Positions 54,557 through 64,000 of a DNA stretch of 64,000 bases are shown one piece after another. Positions within the stretch are counted from its first letter, which is position 1. Each line of letters opens with the position of its first letter. The stretch spans positions 7,812,001-7,876,000 of the forward strand of contig OX597837.1 of the NCBI GenBank assembly GCA_951406725.2. Direction: 5' to 3'. Source of the DNA: Octopus vulgaris (Eukaryota). The notes under the pieces were generated by a model. That model had not been told where the DNA came from. It made no database searches and worked only from the letters and a program-made list of their open reading frames with translations. The translations under genes and the position numbers were made by a program.

Positions 54557-54959
54557 TTTTGCCCTAGAGGCCACGCCTTTCAACTGAGCAAACACAAAGT
54601 TGCCATGCAAATCTGCAGCACTTTTAACATAGGTGTGCAAATTTTCAGGTCAATCCGAACACATTTAGTAATGCTTTCACCTGCACAACTGCTTGTGAGA
54701 CAACATCCACCCTTTTCACAAATATATAAGTAGATTATAACCCGATTTCATTTGGTTCTACTTGGGCCACATTTAAAGATGAAGAATTTTGCCCTAGAGG
54801 CCACACCTTTCAGTTGAGCAAACTCAAATTTGCCACGTAAACCTCAAGCACTTTTAGCATAGGTGTGCAAATTTTCAGGTCAATGCGACCACATTTAGTA
54901 ACACTTTTGCCTGCACAACTGCTTGTGAGACAACGTCCACCCCTTTCACAAATATATAA
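54557..54959. repeat. 173-bp diverged direct repeat, period 230 bp
   Basis: ttttgccctagaggccac...ctgcacaactgcttgtgagacaac...cacaaatatataa at 54557 and 54787. Confidence 0.85.
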
Positions 54960-55509
54960 TATATATACACACAAAATGTGTCGGCTGTTGACCTGCACAA
55001 TGAAACAAGTCAAACACTACTGTGTATAAATGTATCACTCTTCCTGATTTTGTTTTCTGTGCATATGCTGTAGAAGCAGAAGATCTAAGTGCAGATAAAT
55101 AGATCAAAAGTTCTGGTTATTATATACAAGATATGCAGTGTATGTGTGTATGAGTATATATTTGTTTAGCTGTCGAAATATCTTTACATGTAGCACCATG
55201 GAGATAAGGCTTTTGTTGACATTAAATTTAATTGCCTATCTTGATTGTTTACTAAAGGCTTGTGCCTGATGCACTCACACACGCGAGCCATATCTCACTA
55301 TGACCATCTTTATCTCTCTTTCCAACCATGCCCATCAATTCTTATATAAAGCAGGTTGGCCATTAATCTTTAAAGTAGTACAACACTTGTTACGTGTACC
55401 TCTAGTGTACTTTAACCCAGAGCTTCTCAACATGGGCAGTACCACCTGTAAGGAGGCACTGGGTGTGTCAAAGAGGGAATTAGGCTTTTGGAGGCAATGA
55501 GGTACTATA

Positions 55510-55862
55510 ATTCTTTTCTAATCCAGGCACAAGGCCTGAAATTTTGCGAGAGGGGTCCAGTCAACCCCAAAAGGATGAAAGACAAAGTCAGCCTTGGCGG
55601 AATTTGAACTCAGAACGTAAAGACAGACAAAATACAGCTAAACACTTCACCTGGCGTGCTAACATTTCTGCCAGCTTGCTGCCTTTGAATATTCTTTTCT
55701 ACTCTCGGCACAAGGCCCGAAATTTTGTGGGAGGGGGCCAGTCGATTAGATCGACCCCAGTAAAAGGAAAAGTCAACCTCAGCGGAATTTGAACTCACAA
55801 CGTGACGGCAGACAAAATACCGCTAAACACTTCACCTGGTGTGCTAACATTTCTGCCAACTT
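55510..55862 (-). mobile_element. Two tandem, internally deleted SINE S1 copies
   Basis: Repeated ggcacaaggcc...ggaatttgaactca...gctaacatttctgcca. Confidence 0.8.
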
Positions 55863-56228
55863 ACTGCTAGTGAGGTACTACAATTAAAATACTAAATTTT
55901 ACCAATAGTATTAATTAAATTACACATGACAAAACTAGTGATGGTTATTAAAATAAAATGAGATCTCATCAGGGAGAGGGAAATTATTAATTGGCAATGT
56001 AATGAAGTAAATTTTCATTTGTCTTAATTAATTTTTTGTCTGTTCACAGCTCAGAGCTGATGCAATCCATTTTTACAGTAAAATTTTTAAATTATCATCC
56101 ATATTAAATTAGTTTAGTCGTGGTACCTCACCCACCACTTAGGTGGACACTAGGCATAAGAACTTAGGTAACCAGGGGGAATGAGGGCGACAAAAAAATG
56201 TTAATAATTACTGCTTCAATCTTGGAGG

Positions 56229-56490
56229 TGGAGGCACGTGGCTTAGTGGTTAGGATGTTGGATTCATGATTGTAAGATTGTGGTTTCGATTCCTGGACTG
56301 GGCAACACATTGTGTTCTTGAGCTCTTGAGCAAAACACTTCATTTCACGATGCTCCAGTCCCCTCAGCTGGCAAAGATAAGTGACCCTGCAACAGACTGG
56401 TGTCCCCATCCAGGTGGGGAACTTAGGGAACTTATACTCCATGGAAACTGGGAAACCGGCCCTTATGAGTCAGTATGACCCCAGAAGGTA
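56229..56490 (+). mobile_element. tRNA-derived SINE (S4-like head, CORE-like body)
   Basis: tggaggcacgtggcttagtggttagg...gtttcgattcc...ttgagcaaaacacttcatttc. Tail shared with 17389-17500. Confidence 0.8.
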
Positions 56491-57390
56491 ACTCAACCTT
56501 TATCTTACCTGGTGCAATGCCCACCTCTCTCCCTATTACAGCCACTTTGGTAAAAGACATGGAGCCTTTTTCTTTGCCTTTATGCAGTCTCATGGGTGTT
56601 GGTGCCACATAAAGAGCACCCAAATCGGTGCCACATACAAGTACCCCGTACATACCATAAAGTGGTTGGCATTAGGAAGGGCATCCAGCCATAGAAACCA
56701 AACCAAAACAGACATGGAGCCCTGGCAGCCCCGCAGCTGACCAGCTCCTGTCAAACCATCTGACCCATGCTAGCATGAGAAGCGGTCACTAAATGATGAA
56801 GATGATGATCATAGTGATGGTGATCCTGTAAATGATGCTGCCATGAAAAAAAAAAGCACCTAGTACACTCTGTAAAGACTGTGTGCTTGTGTAACCATGT
56901 TGCCATGCATGTGTGTGCATGAATGTGTGTGAGCATGCATGCATGTGGCAGTGTGTGCATGTGGGCATGTGTGAGGGGCTGGATGACTGTGTGCGAGTAC
57001 GAGACTGCAAGTTTGCGCAAACATGTGTGTATGTGTCTGTCTGTCTGTGTGCATGAGACTGCAAGTTTGCATGTGTGTGCATGCATGTGTACTCACATAT
57101 GTACAAGACAGCATGTACACACACACATGTGTGTTTGTGCAAATGTGTGTGTGTACGAGACTGTATGTTTGGTGTGAATGCGTGTGTACAAGACTGCATG
57201 TTTGTGTGAATGTACATGTGTGTGTGTGTGTGTATATATAAGACTGCATGTTTGTGCAAATGTGCATGTGTGTGTGTGTGTATATAAGACTGCATGTTTG
57301 TGGAAATGTGTGTGTGTGTGCATGCAAGACTGCACGTTTGCATAAATGCATATGTGTAGAAGTGTCTCTGTGTGAATGTGAATGTGCGTG

Positions 57391-57441
<51 letters not shown>

Positions 57442-59177
57442 CTATATGTGAATGCATTTTGCACATGTGTGTGTTAGTGCAAATGTGTGTGTGTGTGTGT
57501 GTGTATACAAGACTCCATGTTTGCAGGAATGTGTGTGTGTGTGCATGCAAGACTTGCATGTTTGCATAAATGCATACTTGTAAAAGTATGTGTGAATGTA
57601 TGTGCATCTATATATGTGAGTGTGTGTGTGTGTGTGTGTGTATGAATGCATATATATATGTGAACGAATGCAAATATGTTTGCGAATGTGCATGAAAATG
57701 CACATGCACTTGCATGCCTCGGCATATGCAGTACTGCGCTTGCACATGCGACTGCGTGCATCTGTATGTGTCGCTGTTGCTATATTTATGCCCAAATTGT
57801 TCTTCGTTAATTTGAAATTACATTGCTAATCACTGTGCCTCACTCTAACCCACCCCTGCTGTTTACATCATCATCATCATCATCGTCATCAATACCACCA
57901 CCACCATCGCTAACATTTTCTACTCCTGCTACTACTACATCTATCACAACTACCACCATGCTGTTATTACAGCTACTACTGCTACTACTACTACTAGAGG
58001 CACCAATACCACCATGACCAATCTGCTGTGCTATCTTCACCACCAACCAGCACTATTACCAATACTACAACTACTACCACTACTACAATTTCCATCATTG
58101 CTGCTGCTACAACTACTACTACTATTATTACTACTACCACCACCACCACACTACTACTATTATTACTACTACCACCATCACCACCACTACTACTATTATT
58201 ACTACTACTACTATCTTCATCATTGCTGCTACTACTACCACCACCACCACCACCACTTCCATCATTACTGCTGCTACTACTACCACTCCCACTATTGCCT
58301 ATACTCATTACCATTACTACTGCTGCTACAACTACTACTATAAATAACAACCAACACTACCACTATTATCACCAATTTCACCACACCCACCACCACCACC
58401 ACCACTCTGCTGCTACTGCTGCTACTACTACTACTACTATTTTATGAGAGCAAAGCTAGTGTTGATAGAATTGGGAAAAAAATGGAGAAACATCAACAGA
58501 GGAGGAGGTGGAGGTTAGGGAATGACGAGGAGACTGAAGAGGATGAGGAGGCAGAAGAGGAGGAACGTGGAGTGGGGTGGGGTGGAGAGGGGTAGGGAGG
58601 GTTGTCAATTGGATGTTGCCAATCTCAGAGGAAATATAAGAAAATCTAAGAATTTATAAAGCACAACAAAAAAAAAAACAAAGAAAAATGGAAACAAACT
58701 TAAGAGTAAAACAAAAATAAAGAATTAAAGAAAAAACAGAAAAAAAAAATTCTGCCAATTTAAAGAAAAGATAGAAATTTCAATTTTCTGTGAAAAAAAA
58801 AATTTTTTTTTAAATAAAATTTTTTTCAAGGAATGATATTTTGGATATTTTTAATTATAAACAAATCCGGAAAAATAAAAGAAAAGAAAAAGAACATAAA
58901 AAAAGCTAAAAAACTAGAAAATAGTGTGTGTAATACTCAGACAACATGACTATCATAACACAATTTTTCTTTTTCCATGTGTATATGTAATGTATATATA
59001 TATATATATACATATACAACAGGATTCTTTTAGTTTCCACCTACCAAATCCACTCACAAGGCTTTGGTCAGCCTGTGGCTACAGTAGAAGACACTCGCCC
59101 AAGGTGCCCCGCAGTGGGACTGAACCCAGAACAATGTGGTTGAGAAGCAAGCTTCTTACCACATAACCACATACACA

Positions 59178-59216
<39 letters not shown>

Positions 59217-60245
59217 ACTGTGGCCAAGCTGTGAGACCACCTTGACCCTGAGACTTATTCTTGATTAAAACCCTCCAAGGCCATGCCCCAGTGTGGCCAC
59301 ACTCAAATAACTGAAGCAAGCAAAAGAGAAGAGATATATATATTTATATATCATCATCATCAGCAGCAGCAGCATTTAGCTTCTATATTTCAAACAGGCA
59401 TGGGTCAGATGAGTTGACAGGATCCAATGGGTCAGAGAACTCTGCTAAGCTTTAGGGTCTGCTTTGATACAATCTCTATTGTTGCATACACATCCTAATA
59501 CCAGCCACTTTCCAGAGTGTACTGGGTGCATCTTTTTTTGTTTTTTGTGCCACTGCCACTAATGATGGTGCCAAGGAGCCCATAAGACAAGAATCCCACC
59601 ACCACCGAGTTACCTGGCAACCTCTCTAGTGCTGGTGACACAAAAAAGGACCCTTCATCATAATTTTGATGTCCACTTTTTCCATACTAGCATGGGTCAG
59701 ATGAAATTTTGTTGAGGCAGATTTTCTATAGCCGGACGCCCTTCCTGTTGCTCACCCTCACCAACTTCTAAGTTAGGTGATAATTTTTTTTTTTACAGAT
59801 GGATATTTACACAGGACTTGGAAATAAATTACACTGCTTTTATGACAGTGACACTCATTTACAGCTATCACGTTATACCATGACAAGGAGACAGCAACAC
59901 ACACATGCTCACACACACACACCAAGTCTATTATAGATGACCACTTGCCCAAGATACCACACAGTAGGATTGAAACCAAAATCATATGGGTGGGAAGCAA
60001 ACATCTTAACCACAGAGCTATATATGATCATTATTTTAAATGTCAATTTTCCCATGCTAGAAGGTATGAGATGAGAGAACATCTATAATCCATAATGAAC
60101 ATTTCTTGACATGATCACATCACTAACCAATTCCTGCAACATGTAAGCATGCCTTAATGTTCAGGCTGTCTTGCTGGAATTACCAGGATAGGACATGCAA
60201 TTCTTAGACTGCGCATCTTCTCCAGATTTATGTTTTCTACAAATG

Positions 60246-60284
<39 letters not shown>

Positions 60285-60569
60285 TATATATATAAAATAC
60301 AAAAATGGGACAAGAACGCAAAACATCCAGACAGGTGATACAAAAAAGGGACAACAGCTCTTTAATGGCAAGAAATCTTGAAATGAAACTGAACAATCAC
60401 ATACATACACAACAGTAATCCTCACAGTTTCTCTCTACCAAATTCACTTGCAAGGTGCTTATCAGCCTGGGGCTATAGAAGAAGACACTAGCTCAAAGAG
60501 CTGCACAGTGGGACTGAATCTGAAACCACAGGCTTGCAAAGCATGCTTCTTAACCACACAGCCATGCCT

Positions 60570-60795
60570 GAACCATAAATATGACTAATATAGGCAGAAT
60601 GAGATACCCTTATCTACAGGCTGAAACAGCTGTAAGGTCCATTTTATGTGTATTATTTTTATGGTATTATCTTACTTATTGATGTAATTGTTTTATTTTG
60701 TTGGATTTAGATATTCCTATTTATGTAGTTAATAAATAATATGAATTGGTAATATCTGTAAGTCAATGATTGAAATGAATCTGTTCCTTCATTTT

Positions 60796-60800
<5 letters not shown>
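60570..60800 (+). mobile_element. 5'-truncated element retaining only the 3' half of a hammerhead
   Basis: GAAACAGCTGTA at 60623-34 then aggtcc. No upstream CTGANGA. Ends in (TA)n. Confidence 0.45.
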
Positions 60801-60847
<47 letters not shown>

Positions 60848-60983
60848 CAGCAAAATTTAGATTCAGATGAATATGGTACTTAAGTCAGAGGCACCAGAAT
60901 TTTGTATGGTATTATCCATATAAATCCATGGGGTGATTATGGGGAGAATATGTATTGTCCGTTTGATGGAAGATTTCTATAAA

Positions 60984-61067
60984 TGGCTGAAGATTGCTCA
61001 GCATTTTAAAACTGATGTAATACTTACAATGTTTAATAAAATGAAGTAGCATGAAACGATTGTACCA
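60984..61067 (+). ncRNA. Type-I hammerhead-like motif with extended stem II, within a TA-flanked element (60845-61105)
   Basis: tgg-CTGAAGA(60987-93)-t-tgct..catttta...taaaatg..agca-t-GAAAC-gatt-GTA(61062-64)-cca. Confidence 0.6.
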
Positions 61068-61101
61068 CATTACCTAAGATATACTTGTTGCTTATTTTGA
61101 T

Positions 61102-61133
<32 letters not shown>

Positions 61134-61138
<5 letters not shown>

Positions 61139-61504
61139 AATGGAATAGGCTGGTTTATGGGATTACCCTGGGTTTCCCATCCATAAAGGGTTTGGGTTTA
61201 TGGTGTATTGTCAGACCCCAAAACTTGTTGGCTTAAGGCCTCTTCGAAATATGGAGAGGAAAAAGCCTCACTACAAAGGTAATCCCCTATTGTTTGCCTT
61301 CATAGCAATGCTTTTCTCCCTCCATATTTTGAAGCGGTCTTAGGTCAACAGGTTTTGGAGCCTGACGATACGCCATAAAGCCAAATGCCTTATGGACAGG
61401 AAACCCAGGGTATTCTCATAAACCAGCCTACCCCATTAAAATGTACACTACTCTACATCTCAGAGTGTGTCTCTTCACTGGATTTACATTTTCTACAAAC
61501 GATA
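61134..61504. mobile_element. Fold-back element: 133-bp inverted arms plus a one-sided tail, in (TA)n
   Basis: Arms 61134-61266 and 61310-61442 are gap-free and roughly 80-85% complementary. Tail 61460-61504 resembles 60205-60248. Confidence 0.75.
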
Positions 61505-61537
<33 letters not shown>

Positions 61538-61759
61538 ATATATGGAAAAAAATGAAGGAAAAATGATGAGATGGTCACGAACAGAATGTCTTTGATCATA
61601 GATATTCTGGGTTAGAGATGACCCAGGGCTAAAAAGAATGACAACATTTAGGTCATGTGCAATAAAATGTTCTGCACATGCCCGGCAGCAAATTTGAAAT
61701 CACATCCTCTTAGTTAACAGAACAATGTAGCACCTATTCACACAGTAATCATGTCTTTA

Positions 61760-62925
61760 CCAACACAGCCACCACCACCACCACCACTACTACTACCATA
61801 ACCATCACCACTACTTCTACAACCACCACCACTACCTCCTGAAAATTTAACACCCTTACTAAAATTACTACCACCGCCACTACCACCACCACCACCACCA
61901 TTATAACTACTACCACCACAACCAGCTCTACCATTATCACTACTACCACCACCACCACTACTACTACCTCCTAAACAATCAACATCCCTACCAAAATTAC
62001 TACCACCACCACCATTATAACTACTACTACTACTACCATCAGTTCTACTACTACAACCACCACCATCACCACCACTACAACCATTACTATCTTTGTCACT
62101 AAAATTACAACCACCAGAACTACCACCACTACAATTACTACTACTACTGTAACCATTACTGTTACTACTACTACTCCTGTTATTGTTATCATTAGTGCTA
62201 CTACCTTCAGTACAACTTCTACCACACCACCACCATCCACCACCATCATCCACCACAATAATTTCTACTACTCTTACTACTACTCATACTACAGTTACTA
62301 GTTCTACTAATTCTGCTACTACCACCTTCACTGCTGCTGTCATCAAAAGCACTGCTAATAATACCACCACCACTACTACTACCACAATGACAATCATCAC
62401 CATCACTACCACCACCACTACTACTACCACCATTATTGCTACTACTATCACCACCACCACCACAACTTCCACTACTATCATCAGTATAATTACCACCACC
62501 ACCACCCAGCTACAATCTCCATCACCGCTCCAGTCACCATTGCCGCTACTACCATAACTGTTACTGCCACCAACACCACTACCACCATCACAATCACCAC
62601 TGCCACTACCACCGTCACAACTACCGCCATCACCATAACCACCACCACTATAATCACCATAACCATTACCATACTCACCACCACCACAATCACCATTGCC
62701 GCTACTACGATTACTGTTACTGCCACCACCACCACTACCACTGCTACCACCGCCACCACCACAACTACCACCGCTACCACCACCACTACATTCACCCTTC
62801 CATCATTATCACCACCACTACTGTCATGACAACCACCCATAACCACCATCACCACCACCAGCACCACCACTACATTTATCCTCCCATCATTACCACCACT
62901 ACTATTGCCACGACCACCACCCATC
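61760..62925. repeat. (CAC/TAC)n trinucleotide low-complexity tract
   Basis: Direct reading. Similar tracts at 21320-21860, 48350-48615 and 57865-58440. Confidence 0.9.
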
Positions 62926-63559
62926 AATAACAAAGAAACTGTACCCAATAAACTGAATCTATTTTGATTGTTTTTATTTTTTTTTCCCTGTTTTTAATTT
63001 TTTTTCAATTTCATTTGATTTTATTTCGATTTGAATTGATTGTTTTTGTTCTTTTATTTTTCTGGTTTTTAACTTTTTTTTAAAAAATGTCTTTTCTGGC
63101 ATTTTGGCATTTTACAGTTTCTTTGGTTTGTACTTTTTTTTAGTCTACCCTGGATACATACACACACACACATACATTCATACACACATACATACATAGA
63201 AGATAGAATGTAATGTGCATATGTACATACATATATATACACATACATGCATGAGTATTTGTATGCATGTGTATATAGAGTGTGTATCTATACACGTACA
63301 TATATGTATGCACAATTGTGTATGTATAAATCAGCATAATGTGTTCGCATGCATGTATGAGTGTGTCTGTAGACAGACAGACAGACAGATAGAGGGAGAG
63401 AGAGAGAGAGAGATGGATAGATGGAAAGATAGATAGATAGAAAGAGAGAGAGAGATAGAGAGCTGATCAGACAGATAGGTAGATAGACATACATACATAC
63501 ACACAAACAAAATGTCAGGTGGCTAACAGACACATAATTTTAAACCATATATACTAAAT

Positions 63560-63615
<56 letters not shown>

Positions 63616-64000
63616 TGCATATACATATATATACACCCACCCACATATACACATATATACACCCACCCACATATACACATTTATATGCACATACACACAC
63701 ATACATATTTATATGCACATACACAGTCACACACAGTTATATACACACACGTTCACATATGTATACACACAGATATAAATATAAGGTATTTCCCATAATA
63801 TATAAGCATTGCATTCCCGAAAAACTTTACATTATGACGAAATTATGTAGCATGGAACATATTTTCCATTCAGCTCCTTTCCGTGTTCGCTGACTTCCAT
63901 AATAACCCATAAATCATCAGAAAATATATTTCACTTTATGGAATTCCATCCACATCAGAGAAAGAAGCCGACATTCCTAGTTTACATTCATTACATCCAT

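Noticed and set aside
61134-61442. Apparent G-U wobble bias implying RNA-level selection on the hairpin
   Set aside because: Pairing the full arms by hand gave similar numbers of G-T and A-C mismatches.

Overview
AT-rich, repeat-saturated eukaryotic intergenic or intronic DNA. I can support no intact host protein-coding gene. The repeat content (tRNA-headed SINEs, RTE and R4/Dong LINE remnants, Tc1/mariner, Helitron/Helentron and hAT relics, and very abundant (TA)n/(CA)n/(TTA)n/(CAC)n microsatellites) resembles an octopus (coleoid cephalopod) genome; this is inferred from repeat style, not from a database match. Almost all ORFs in the supplied track are microsatellite artefacts. The only recognisable protein fragments belong to transposons. 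The signal the ORF track misses is RNA-level: about 14 type-I hammerhead-ribozyme-like motifs (intact, decayed or partial) from roughly nine sequence contexts. Most have a minimal, near-palindromic stem III, sit in short elements inserted into (TA)n, and several lie in inverted or partial-tandem arrangements typical of Penelope-like element pseudo-LTRs. They include a family with a recurrent non-canonical core (CUGUNGA) and a tRNA-headed SINE-like element with a hammerhead in its tail (37519-37779). All coordinates and pairings were read by eye, so element edges are approximate.
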